A stretch of DNA of 64,000 nucleotides from Candidatus Ozemobacteraceae bacterium. GTDB taxonomy: Bacteria; Muiribacteriota; Ozemobacteria; Ozemobacterales; Ozemobacteraceae. The notes under the pieces were generated by a model, which saw only the letters and a list, made by a program, of their open reading frames with translations, was not told the origin of the DNA and searched no databases. Location of the stretch: positions 4,640,001 to 4,704,000 of the forward strand of contig OZ223236.1 in the NCBI GenBank assembly GCA_965140445.1. The letters are read 5' to 3'. This document shows, in pieces, positions 54,309-63,977 of the stretch. Numbering within the stretch: the stretch's first letter is position 1; each line of letters starts with the position of its first letter. A program made the position numbers and the translations under genes.

Positions 54309-57254
54309 ATGAACTTTAGAAAAAATCTGGCATTTCTTGTTTTACTATTGGGGATAATCGCTTTAATTTTCCCTTCTTCGGTAAGAGCTGAAGCTGAATT
54401 TGATTTCGGCCTGCCATTATTCGGCAAAGACGAAATTCGCTTTGAAAAATCTCAAGAGCCAGACTTCAACCTTCAGCTTTTAAAAAAGTATATGACCGAA
54501 CATGAGAAATCTAGAATTTCTCAGATGCATGGAATTTACAGATGGCTGACCCTATATAAACTATCTGACGAGCCTCGACAGAAGGTTCTCTACCCTGCCG
54601 GACTCAAATTTTTCTCAAAGAAACCAGATTCTAAAGATTACCCAAGCCTCAATGAGATCTTTTACCGCGGACTATTCCTCAGTATTGATAAGGACGATGA
54701 TCCAAAAAATACAGCAGACCAAAAATTTGAAGAAATGCTTCTAGCAGCTGAAGACAAATTTGAAAAGGTGGCTGAATATTCGCTGGCAAAAGGTATTCTC
54801 TTTCATCTTCTTCGTAACCGCCCGAATGGTTATTTCTCTCAGATGAAACCAGAAGAAGATTTAAAAACAGCACTTTCTCTGATTCCACAGGAAGCTCATT
54901 ATTTCTTTATTTTGGGACAAGCTTTCCGATTTCTTGGAAATAAAGAATCAAACCTTTTTCTTTCCATTGCCTCTTACGAAAAAGCATCTGCCCTGGACCC
55001 AAAAAATATTAAATTGCAAAACTCCCTGCTGGGAACCTACATGGGTCTCCATGAAGATTACCAAAGCAGCAATAAACCAGAACCGTTCTGGCTTGAAGAA
55101 GCTGTTTACAAAAAAATTCTTACTCTTTCACCAAACAATCCCTATGCTTTAAACAACCTTGGCTACCTTTACACAGATTATGGAGTAAACCTACAGGTTG
55201 CACTTCAACTCTGCCAGAAAGCTTCTGACCTTGCCCCGGAAAATCCCGGCTTCAGAGACAGCCTTGGCTGGGTAGCATTTAAAAATGGAAAATACGACAA
55301 AGCCGAAGAAGAGCTAAAAAAGTCGCTTTCCATAAAAAACAATGTTTATGAACCCCTTTATCATCTTGCAACCGTATACTACGTGACCAAAAAACTTGAT
55401 AAAGCTGCTGAGCTTTACACTCAAGCCATTCAAGTAAAACCAGACTCCGCAGAAGCTCTCAACAACCTTGCCTATCTTCTGGCAGAGCAGGATAAAAACA
55501 TCGAAGATGCCTTAAAGATGTCTGAAACAGCGGTAAAGATTGAACCAAATAACGCCTCTTACCTAGACACGCTTGGCTGGTTATACTTCAAAACAGGCAA
55601 AACAGAAGAAGCCCTGAAATATCTTAACAAAGCGGCACAGATAGCTCCAAATGAAAGCGAAATCCTGCTGCATATCGGGCTGGTTCATCTTGAAAAAAGT
55701 GAATTCAAAGCAGCAATAGACTATTTAAAACAAGCTTTGAAAACCAACCCCACGATGGAAGAAATAGAAAAGAATCTATATCTGGCCCTCTGTTTAAAAT
55801 CACAACTTGGAACTCTGGCTGAATATCACAATCTTTTCGGAGAAAAGGTAAGCAAAGATAAAATTTGTAATTTGCTTATGAACATTGCCAGACTATATCA
55901 AGAAGAAAAGCTTTATGACAAAGCAATTGAATTCACTCAACTGTGTTCAGATATAAAGAAAGATAGAAAATCATTAAACGAGCCTCTGTTTGGCTTTTAT
56001 CATCTTGAAAATGCAAAAAAAGAAAAATCTCCTTCAACTGCAACAGAGCAAAGAGCTACCAGCAAGCAGATTTCAGAACTTGATAAAAAAATTCTTGATG
56101 AAACTGGCAGCGAAGAAGTTGCGATCGAAATCAGCAGTTTTCCTCTTGTAATAAGCATTGGCCCAGAATTTTTCAAATCAATTTCGGAATATGTTTCAGG
56201 AGTAAAAAACATCCAGCATCTTAGCTTTTCCCTATTCCTGAGAGAAATTTTTAAGCCAGCCAATAGCGCAGTTCTGAAAATTGAATCGGATTCTGAAGAT
56301 GGAAAAAGCCATCTGGCAATGATAGAAGAATTCTTTCAGGAATTAGGTGGCGAAACGGTTTGTGATGAAAATGAAATCCGTTGCACAACTTTCTTCCCGG
56401 GAATGAAAGTTTATTCAACCACAGTCAATCAAAGCGCTTTTTTGAGTAGAAGCCCGTTGCCAGACTCTGAAACACTGGAAAAAATGAGCAACACATCTTC
56501 TTATGAAGAAGACAGATTTGCTGAAATAGTATTCAACTGGAAAGAAATTAAGGCTGTATTACCAAGACTGATCGCTCCATTTATTTCCAATCCCTTTAAA
56601 CCATTTATATACGTTCATTCAAATTACAGCATGGAAAAAGGAAATTTAACTGAAACGTCTTTTCTTTCTACCGGTGAAGAAGTTACCAAAGAATTCATGC
56701 AGAACTTTGCCAGAGAATTATTTGCATACAAGCTATATACCAAAAAATTAGGCATGGATGTGACAATTCAGGTTAAGGCTATGAGCGATACCATTCTTGT
56801 AATTACTGAATATGTCCAGCCATTTTCAATGTTGTCCTCACTTGCAGGTAGATACTCACCGCTATTTAGATATCTTTCTGCAAGGTACTTTTCCAAGTAT
56901 ATCTGCTATATAAACAGATTCCTGTTCTCTGGCAATGAAAGTGACATGGAAAAACTTTGCCCAGGCCACGGAATAATAAGATTAGATGCTTCTTCTGGTA
57001 CTCTAAAATGTAACCTTCATAAACGAGTTCCAATTTTCCCTCTTTTCATGGACCCGGAAGGGCTTTGCAAATTTTCTCGTTTACGAATTCGAAAAATTTT
57101 GCATGGACTTCTGAAAAAAAATAGAGAGAATTTATCAGATGAAGAATTGCTAAAACAAATAATTGAGAAATATAAAATACCAATTTGCCCTGCTACTGGA
57201 CAGTATTCAAAAGACAAAGACGGGCAAATTAAATGCACCGAACATGAAAATTGA
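54309..57254 (+). CDS. Exported multi-TPR protein with two C-terminal C...CPxxG...CxxH modules
   Basis: Signal peptide; ALNNLGY/DSLGW and ALNNLAY/DTLGW TPRs; CPGHG...KCNLH and CPATGQY...KCTEH. Confidence 0.85.
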   Translation: MNFRKNLAFLVLLLGIIALIFPSSVRAEAEFDFGLPLFGKDEIRFEKSQEPDFNLQLLKKYMTEHEKSRISQMHGIYRWLTLYKLSDEPRQKVLYPAGLKFFSKKPDSKDYPSLNEIFYRGLFLSIDKDDDPKNTADQKFEEMLLAAEDKFEKVAEYSLAKGILFHLLRNRPNGYFSQMKPEEDLKTALSLIPQEAHYFFILGQAFRFLGNKESNLFLSIASYEKASALDPKNIKLQNSLLGTYMGLHEDYQSSNKPEPFWLEEAVYKKILTLSPNNPYALNNLGYLYTDYGVNLQVALQLCQKASDLAPENPGFRDSLGWVAFKNGKYDKAEEELKKSLSIKNNVYEPLYHLATVYYVTKKLDKAAELYTQAIQVKPDSAEALNNLAYLLAEQDKNIEDALKMSETAVKIEPNNASYLDTLGWLYFKTGKTEEALKYLNKAAQIAPNESEILLHIGLVHLEKSEFKAAIDYLKQALKTNPTMEEIEKNLYLALCLKSQLGTLAEYHNLFGEKVSKDKICNLLMNIARLYQEEKLYDKAIEFTQLCSDIKKDRKSLNEPLFGFYHLENAKKEKSPSTATEQRATSKQISELDKKILDETGSEEVAIEISSFPLVISIGPEFFKSISEYVSGVKNIQHLSFSLFLREIFKPANSAVLKIESDSEDGKSHLAMIEEFFQELGGETVCDENEIRCTTFFPGMKVYSTTVNQSAFLSRSPLPDSETLEKMSNTSSYEEDRFAEIVFNWKEIKAVLPRLIAPFISNPFKPFIYVHSNYSMEKGNLTETSFLSTGEEVTKEFMQNFARELFAYKLYTKKLGMDVTIQVKAMSDTILVITEYVQPFSMLSSLAGRYSPLFRYLSARYFSKYICYINRFLFSGNESDMEKLCPGHGIIRLDASSGTLKCNLHKRVPIFPLFMDPEGLCKFSRLRIRKILHGLLKKNRENLSDEELLKQIIEKYKIPICPATGQYSKDKDGQIKCTEHEN

Positions 57255-57314
57255 GTTTGCTTTTTTTCTAAAAATGTTCTATTTAAGATAAGGAAACTAA
57301 ATGGGGGTAAAGAA

Positions 57315-57527
57315 ATGCCTGCTGTAAATATTCAAGATAACATCCTTCAATATCTAAAAGACGAAGGCGAATTGGTTAAAATTTTTCTGATGAAAGGTTT
57401 TCAGATTCAGGGAACTATCCTTGGTTTTGATACCTTTGTCATTCTTCTGGAATCCGAAGGGAAAAAGCAGCTGATTTACAAGCACGCAATTTCAACGGTT
57501 CAACTTCCAGACACTTTTAAATCCTGA
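57315..57527 (+). CDS. hfq: RNA chaperone Hfq
   Basis: NIQD..L...VKIFL..GFQI.G.I.GFD.FV; QLIYKHAISTV. Confidence 0.96.
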   Translation: MPAVNIQDNILQYLKDEGELVKIFLMKGFQIQGTILGFDTFVILLESEGKKQLIYKHAISTVQLPDTFKS

Positions 57528-57542
57528 CAGTAAACTGACAGA

Positions 57543-57585
57543 AAAAAAGGACTTTTGCCATAATCTGGCAAGAGTCTTTTTTTTT
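57543..57585 (+). terminator. hfq terminator
   Basis: AAAAGGACTTTTGCCA/TGGCAAGAGTCTTTTTTTT. Confidence 0.88.
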
Positions 57586-57605
57586 GCAAATTTGGTAGCT
57601 TTCTT

Positions 57606-57647
57606 TGCGCATTTTTTGAACACAAATTAATGTTAATTTTTTGAACA
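57606..57647. promoter_or_regulatory. Tandem enhancer-like (bEBP UAS) sites
   Basis: TGCGCATTTTTTGAACA (57606-57622) and TGTTAATTTTTTGAACA (57631-57647), about -160 to -120 from the sigma54 start. Confidence 0.6.
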
Positions 57648-57739
57648 CACCAAATAGCCATCCTGTATAAAAGTTTATCATTTCCCGCTAATTCCTTGTA
57701 AAAGTGCATAAAAAGCCTGCAAATACATCATTTTTTAGT

Positions 57740-57755
57740 TGGCACAGGTCTTGCA
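57740..57755 (+). promoter_or_regulatory. Sigma54 (-24/-12) promoter
   Basis: TGGCAC-AGGTC-TTGCA, consensus match. Confidence 0.85.
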
Positions 57756-57765
57756 TATATAGGCG

Positions 57766-57849
57766 CAACACTGCACGACTTATTCGTCAGTTGTCTTCAA
57801 TCATTCCTTTCCTTGATTAGGGCTACACTAGATGTGGCCTTTTTTTTTT
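57766..57849 (+). ncRNA. Candidate sigma54-dependent, Hfq-associated sRNA (~85 nt)
   Basis: Bounded by the sigma54 promoter and a GGCTACA/TGTGGCC-T10 terminator; no ORF; three hairpins, the middle one with a UUCCUUUCCU loop. Confidence 0.65.
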
Positions 57850-57874
57850 CCCGGAAAAGGATTATCATTCTCAC

Positions 57875-58939
57875 ATGAAACAAACACATAACATTCTATT
57901 TCTACTAACCATTTTAATTTACACGCTAGTACCCAGTGGTTTCTCAGCGCCTAGAGCGGACATTCCTGCTCTTTGCTACCATCAGGTAGAGCCATCAACC
58001 AAAAACAAGTTTTCGTTGGAACTAAGCCAGTTTAAAAAGCAGCTTCAATATTTAAAAAGCAGAAACTTTCAAAGTCTGAACTCTCAGGAACTTCTGGAGA
58101 TTTTAGAGAATCCAAATCAGGAAAAGAAAAACAGAGTTGTAATCACATTCGATGACGGATACAAAACCGTTTACGATCATGCCTACCCCGCAATGAAAGA
58201 GCTTGGCTTTAAAGGAATCCTCTGCATATACCCATCTTTTATTGGATCTGGAAAAGCCATGAGTTGGGCACAACTTAAAGAACTCATCTCAGAAGGTTGG
58301 AGCGTCGAATGCCATTCTCAAACTCATGCAAATCTAAGCTCAAAATACATTAATGAAAAAGCTGAAAAGCAATTCCTGCAAAGAGAAATAGTCAACTCTA
58401 AATCAGTTATTGAAAAGCACTTAAACAACAAAGTTCTTTTTATGGTATGGCCTTATGGTGTTTACACAGACAGATGTCTTACAATGCTTGAGGCTGCTGG
58501 CTATAAGGGTGCTATGACAGTTGATGGTGGTGGGAATTATCCTGGAATAGACAAATTTTTCGTGAAACGTCAGGTAATTTACCGAACTGACAGCATGGAA
58601 AAGTTTTTAATAAGACTTGGAATGCAGGGTATAAAAGTTACAGAAAGACATCCAGCACCAGGAGCAGTGGTAGAATCTTTATCGAGCTTCACCTGCGTTT
58701 TACCTGATTTGTCCGACTATAGTCCTGAAAACTACAAAATCACTGTCAGACCTAATAGCGGCAAGTCTTCTTTTGAGTTTGATCCAGAAAGCAAAACAGT
58801 CCATGGAAAAATGAACAGCAAATTGAAATCCGGAAACTACTTTATGGATGTATATGTTCGAGATAAGAGAACTGGTGTCACCTATCAAAATGGCTGGCTT
58901 TTTTCTATAAAGGGAAATATCAACAAATCAAGTTACTGA
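57875..58939 (+). CDS. Exported polysaccharide deacetylase (CE4)
   Basis: ALCYHQV, TFDDGY, CHSQTH, WPYG; signal peptide. Confidence 0.88.
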   Translation: MKQTHNILFLLTILIYTLVPSGFSAPRADIPALCYHQVEPSTKNKFSLELSQFKKQLQYLKSRNFQSLNSQELLEILENPNQEKKNRVVITFDDGYKTVYDHAYPAMKELGFKGILCIYPSFIGSGKAMSWAQLKELISEGWSVECHSQTHANLSSKYINEKAEKQFLQREIVNSKSVIEKHLNNKVLFMVWPYGVYTDRCLTMLEAAGYKGAMTVDGGGNYPGIDKFFVKRQVIYRTDSMEKFLIRLGMQGIKVTERHPAPGAVVESLSSFTCVLPDLSDYSPENYKITVRPNSGKSSFEFDPESKTVHGKMNSKLKSGNYFMDVYVRDKRTGVTYQNGWLFSIKGNINKSSY

Positions 58940-61221
58940 AATTTATCGTATTCCCTCAAGCTGATCTTTTCTTCAGAAAAGGTTAACAGATTATAGGTTA
59001 TTGGCATCTCATCAACTTTGTAATCCCCTCTAATGTTGGTGGGATCCCAGACTCTTCTTCTCAAAACATTTCTGCAGGAATAGGAACCAGTAATAAAGTA
59101 ATCCGGCTCTTTGGTTGCAAGGCGAATTTCAGAGCCATAAACCCTCTGTATAACAAATGCAGGAGACTTGAGAAATTCAAGGCGACCGGGAACACCTATC
59201 TCATCAGGGTATTTCTGATTTGAATTACCCATTGTCCACTTTGCCGAACGTCTTGAAGAGCTTACCAGATTAGCATTAACTGTCATTTCAGGGATGAAAA
59301 GCCCATCCCGGTGACTCTTTTTTGCTTCTTCAAAAAGGCTTTGCATCATTCCCATAGCTCCGAGGTTTTTTGCCGGAGCTTCATTTTCCTCTTTCATGGC
59401 TTGTGCCCAGGCTTTTTCGAAAATATTTTCGAGTTGTGGACGAGTTAAACCGCCGGTTTCTCGAGAAATGGATATGACTTCATTAATAAGCTCTTTTCTG
59501 ATTTTTTCATTTTGAATAGCAAATCGGGGCTTTTCAACGGTTGAAAGGCCTGGAGTAAAAAAGTTTTTTAAATCCTCGACTTTGCTCTCAAATAAAGGAC
59601 CAGAGGTCACCTCCTTCATTGTTTTCAAGAAGTGAACGGTTCCAAGTCTGGGCGTGCCATCAGTACCCACAACCCCTTTCCATGTATCTGGATTTAAAGG
59701 ACACAAGTCGTTCTTAAATTCATCAAAAAGTTCATCTACTGGGTTTAAGGAAATAATCAACCCCAACATAAAGTATGGTCTCATTTCATTCTTCACATAC
59801 ATTGTCGGATGAGACATGTCTAAAATAATCCTTTTGTCAGACATCACCAATGCCCCAACCTTATATCTTCCCCAGCCATTGTCGGGGTCCTTTATATAGT
59901 TGTTAAAATAATCATCATCATAAGCTTGAACAAATTTCTGACTTTGATTGAAATCGCCACCTATTACAATCTCTTCGGTACTGTAAATTGTAATTGAACG
60001 ATCAGGACAGCCCCAAATTCGCAATGGAACCGTGGCAAAAACAATTATCTTCGAGCCCTTTTTCTTTTTTATTATTTCCGGGTCATCTGAAGCTGGAGGT
60101 GGGGGTTGTGAAGCCGCTGAATCCAGCTCATCGTCATCATCCCTTGAGTCTGGTTTTGGTTTGGGTTTTGGCTTAGGTTTCTGCTGACACTTAAAATCAC
60201 CAAAATCAAGATCGACATACTGGGTAGATGCCTTATAAGGATTTTTGAAATCACCAAAGGGCAACGTATTTTTTTCTATAAGAACACCCTGACTCTTGGA
60301 GTATCTATCAACCACTTCTTTTAATCTTTCACGTGGAATCCTGCCAAATTTTATTGGACGTCCGCCATGAATGCCATCAAGAATTAAGCCATCTTTGGTA
60401 TCAAACTTACTAATTTTATAAGAGTCATTCTGTTTTGAAAGCCTTATGCTGGAGCCGTCCCGGAAACCAATCTTTGATTCTACAAACGCTCTAATTAAAC
60501 CTGGAGTCTCAATTTTCTCCATTTTCCGAAACTCTGAGCCCTTATCAGCTCCACCAGCAGTATTAAAGGTTAACCAATGGTATCCATATAATCTTCCTAT
60601 CTGGAAAAGATTCTGTGAACCAAGAAAGGGACCATAGCCACCCAGATCCAGAATTTCTCCATCATACAAAAGATGCTCAGCCGCAGGGAAGCGTCTTTCC
60701 AGTAAAGCTTTCACCTTTCTGCATGTGGTGTTCTTCGCATCGCCAGTTCCAACCTTTACAGCCACTTCAACTCTGGTATACATCTGTGCTTCATCTAAGG
60801 TCTTTGTCTTGGCATTTCCCCTGGCACTATGAACTAAAGCAAATTTAGCCTTAAATTCTCCGTCAGCAGAACCGCCAGAGTAAATACCCTTATTTACGCC
60901 TTCAACAAAAATATCACCCATTTTTCCGAGATAACTGTCTTTATGAGAATAGGGTTGCTCCCAGGGGTCATCATAGCGCTCATTATAAGAGCGATGCGTA
61001 TTAAAAGCGCGATTAGCATTAAGTTCTGCAATAATGCAATTCAATGCTGTTTCACCCAAGGTTGAGGCAACATATCTTCTTACCGCAATTGATTGCAGAT
61101 GGTGTTGCCCGGACTTAACTCTTCCTATGATTGAGAAAAAAATCAATAAAATTGCAGCAAAAGCAATGATTATCATATAACCAGAGCCAGATCTTGATTT
61201 TTTCAGGTTTTTATTACTCAC
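58933..61221 (-). CDS. Large PilX-like protein (class III-like signal without E5)
   Basis: Basic leader KKSRSG/SGYMIIIAF hydrophobic helix, A..LGETAL pattern; translationally coupled (GTGA) to prepilin genes. Confidence 0.65.
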   Translation of the reverse strand: MSNKNLKKSRSGSGYMIIIAFAAILLIFFSIIGRVKSGQHHLQSIAVRRYVASTLGETALNCIIAELNANRAFNTHRSYNERYDDPWEQPYSHKDSYLGKMGDIFVEGVNKGIYSGGSADGEFKAKFALVHSARGNAKTKTLDEAQMYTRVEVAVKVGTGDAKNTTCRKVKALLERRFPAAEHLLYDGEILDLGGYGPFLGSQNLFQIGRLYGYHWLTFNTAGGADKGSEFRKMEKIETPGLIRAFVESKIGFRDGSSIRLSKQNDSYKISKFDTKDGLILDGIHGGRPIKFGRIPRERLKEVVDRYSKSQGVLIEKNTLPFGDFKNPYKASTQYVDLDFGDFKCQQKPKPKPKPKPDSRDDDDELDSAASQPPPPASDDPEIIKKKKGSKIIVFATVPLRIWGCPDRSITIYSTEEIVIGGDFNQSQKFVQAYDDDYFNNYIKDPDNGWGRYKVGALVMSDKRIILDMSHPTMYVKNEMRPYFMLGLIISLNPVDELFDEFKNDLCPLNPDTWKGVVGTDGTPRLGTVHFLKTMKEVTSGPLFESKVEDLKNFFTPGLSTVEKPRFAIQNEKIRKELINEVISISRETGGLTRPQLENIFEKAWAQAMKEENEAPAKNLGAMGMMQSLFEEAKKSHRDGLFIPEMTVNANLVSSSRRSAKWTMGNSNQKYPDEIGVPGRLEFLKSPAFVIQRVYGSEIRLATKEPDYFITGSYSCRNVLRRRVWDPTNIRGDYKVDEMPITYNLLTFSEEKISLREYDKFQ

Positions 61222-61961
61222 TGATTTAAAAATACCTCTTTGCCTCTTTTGTAAAAGCTTGTGTTAAGTGAAATCTGGTAAACTTCACCGTTCTCTTTTA
61301 TTCGTTCTCGCTCTAACGTCATTTTTAAATGAACCAGACTATTCCCGGTTCCTGTTTCGGAAATTGGTAAAGCGTTGACCAATCTGTCTTTTTTGCTTTT
61401 TATATCTTTCCATTGGAATGGCTTTCTGACTGTCCTGAATAGAATCAGCTCCCGTATATTTTCAACAAGAACTTGACCCTGCGTTTCAGGGGTTTCTCCT
61501 GGCTTTTCCTTTACAACCGCAAGTCTTCTTAACCTGTAAAGTGGAAAATCCCGAGGGTTCTTTTCATCAATTTCCATTTCTTCAATCGTATAAACAATTT
61601 CTCTAATAAGAGAGATCTGTCCGCCAAGCGGTGAATTGAAAGGAATACCTGGATCAAGCTCTTTACATAAAAGTTTCAAAACAACTCCGGTTCTGGTTTT
61701 TAGTTCTGGAATTTTTTTCATAAAAATTGGAACAGGTTCAATGATGTCAGTGGCTTCTTTAATGTCATCACCAAGAAAAGACATAATCTTTCTAAACCCT
61801 TCATTTACCTGAAGAGCACCAAGCGACTTGGTAACCGCTTTTGCCTGAGAAAAAAAGACTTTGAATGCAGCCCCGATAATCATGAGCATAAGCACCGCCA
61901 CAATCATCAATTCGACAAAAGAAAAGCCTCGTTTAGCTTTTTTATGGCTCATCTTACACAC
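61218..61961 (-). CDS. Prepilin-type N-terminal cleavage protein (PilW/GspJ-like minor pilin)
   Basis: KRG/FSFVELMIV motif. Confidence 0.85.
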   Translation of the reverse strand: MCKMSHKKAKRGFSFVELMIVAVLMLMIIGAAFKVFFSQAKAVTKSLGALQVNEGFRKIMSFLGDDIKEATDIIEPVPIFMKKIPELKTRTGVVLKLLCKELDPGIPFNSPLGGQISLIREIVYTIEEMEIDEKNPRDFPLYRLRRLAVVKEKPGETPETQGQVLVENIRELILFRTVRKPFQWKDIKSKKDRLVNALPISETGTGNSLVHLKMTLERERIKENGEVYQISLNTSFYKRGKEVFLNQ

Positions 61962-61972
61962 GGCACATTCCT

Positions 61973-62470
61973 TTAATTCAAATTTGCAATAGTTAAAGAG
62001 GTTTTAAACGGTTCTGCAGCCTTATCTCCTGGAGTTTGCCAGGAAACCTCGACCTCTACAAGTTTTAAGCCGATAGGACGCTTTTCATCTTCTTTTGCAG
62101 AAATATCTGTAACTTTTACAGTTCGATTATATTTGAGAGTACCCGAAGTATAATCAGGTATAAATAGATCTCCGGCACCACTGTTAGTGTTTAAATCCGT
62201 CTCCACGCTGACATCTGCATCTTTGGGAAAATCTGCATCATCAAGAGATTCAAAAGGCGAGGCACGCAAAACCTCTACAGCCTGCTGAGCAAGAGCAACA
62301 GCAACACTATAATCACGCATTTTTCTGGTTTGCCCCATGCTGTTGGAAAAAATTAAAGCTATGGAAAAAAGAATTGAAATAAGCAATAGTGTTATCAAAA
62401 GCTCGGGTAAAGTATATCCAGAGCCTTTTCTATTCAATGTTTTCCCATTTTTTATTTTTGTAGCAAGCAT
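61973..62470 (-). CDS. Prepilin-type protein (PilV/GspI-like minor pilin)
   Basis: SG/YTLPELLI; A.ALAQQAVE; LKLVEVEVSW. Confidence 0.85.
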   Translation of the reverse strand: MLATKIKNGKTLNRKGSGYTLPELLITLLLISILFSIALIFSNSMGQTRKMRDYSVAVALAQQAVEVLRASPFESLDDADFPKDADVSVETDLNTNSGAGDLFIPDYTSGTLKYNRTVKVTDISAKEDEKRPIGLKLVEVEVSWQTPGDKAAEPFKTSLTIANLN

Positions 62471-62657
62471 CCTTAGTATCCACCGCCTTTAAGCATAACA
62501 CACAGATTTTTTTCTCACCATAGGCAAAAAAACCTAATTGCCAAATCTTTAAATTGCAAAAAAAAGAATAATTTTCATTTTTTTGTAATTTGAAGATTTC
62601 CTACTCTTGGGGTAGAATGGTCAAATAGATTTGTATGAACAGAGTAAGGAGTACACC

Positions 62658-63977
62658 ATGAGATTGAAGCTTCATTTTATTTTTGTCTTGCTTGCAGCGA
62701 TTGCTGTTTCAGCTTTTGCGCCTGTTTTTGCTGCCGAGAACGACGGATGGGTCCATATAGTGCCCAGAGATATCGCTTTTGATGTCATAAAAGGCTCTGG
62801 AAGCGGAAATGAAGTTTACACAATCTTTGGTAACGATGTGATTATTCACGGTGGCGAAAATTTTTCTGACGAAGTAATAAAAAATAAAGATGTAGAATCT
62901 TTTCCAGTTAGGCCAACCGAAAAGCTTTACCTTGTAAATACAAAAGATCCACAGATACTAAAAACCACTTTTGCTGGTGTAAGAGTAATCTACAGAAGTT
63001 TCGGTTTTATGGTTGTTCTTGCCAACGAAACAGCAGCAATGGGTTTAAAATCAAAAAGCTCAGACTTCACAAAGGTTTCGCTTCTACCTGAAAATGAAAC
63101 TGTTGTTGAAGCTCCAAAAAGCCCAAAGTCAGGCAGATCTCCAAGAAGCGAGGACATGAAAAACTTCCTGAGTAAAATCGACATGGAAGCATTTTTCCAG
63201 GATCTCGAAAAAATGGTTAGCTTTAAAACTAGATATTCATATGTCGCTGGCGCACAAAAAGCCGTAGATCATTTTGAAAACGTAATGAAAGAACTTGGAC
63301 TCAGCGTTAAGCAGGTTCCTTTCAGAATAGGTTCTACCCAGTGCAACAACCTTGTTGGAACCCTTAAGGGCACCGACGAGGAAAAATATGGTCAGATTAT
63401 TGTTCTCGGACATCTCGACAGTATTTCAAGAGACCCTAGAAACAATGCTCCTGGCGCAGACGACAACGGCAGTGGTTCAGCTGGCGTTATTGCCCTTGCA
63501 AGACTTTTAAAAGTTACCGGGTTAAAACCAAAAGCGACAATTAAATTTGCTCTTCTTCTTGGTGAAGAACAAGGTCTTTATGGTTCCAAAGCTTATGCCC
63601 GAGAAATGACTCCTGCAGAAAAAAAAGCAACCAGAGCTGTTCTTAACATGGACATGATCGGTTTCGACAGAACCCCACCTCTTTCAATCATGATGGAAAC
63701 TTCAAGTGCATTCAAACCTCTTGCAGAAAAAATTGAAAATCTTGCAGCTGAATATACCAGCTTAACAGTTCATACAAGTTATCATGCATGGGGATCAGAT
63801 CACGTTCCTTTTATTCAGCAGAATGTACCAGCTGTTTTAACAATTGAGTCTGAATTTGAAGCCAACCATAACTACCACCAGGTTACAGACCTGATCAAAG
63901 ACATGAATCCCGATTTGTGCAAAGAAATTGTAACTCTAAATGCAGCTACAATGTATGAAATGGGAGTTAATCCTTAA
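62658..63977 (+). CDS. Exported M28 aminopeptidase
   Basis: GHLDS, GADDNGSG, EEQGL.GS, LNMDM, SDH, YHQVTD; RBS AAGGAG before ATG 62658. Confidence 0.9.
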   Translation: MRLKLHFIFVLLAAIAVSAFAPVFAAENDGWVHIVPRDIAFDVIKGSGSGNEVYTIFGNDVIIHGGENFSDEVIKNKDVESFPVRPTEKLYLVNTKDPQILKTTFAGVRVIYRSFGFMVVLANETAAMGLKSKSSDFTKVSLLPENETVVEAPKSPKSGRSPRSEDMKNFLSKIDMEAFFQDLEKMVSFKTRYSYVAGAQKAVDHFENVMKELGLSVKQVPFRIGSTQCNNLVGTLKGTDEEKYGQIIVLGHLDSISRDPRNNAPGADDNGSGSAGVIALARLLKVTGLKPKATIKFALLLGEEQGLYGSKAYAREMTPAEKKATRAVLNMDMIGFDRTPPLSIMMETSSAFKPLAEKIENLAAEYTSLTVHTSYHAWGSDHVPFIQQNVPAVLTIESEFEANHNYHQVTDLIKDMNPDLCKEIVTLNAATMYEMGVNP

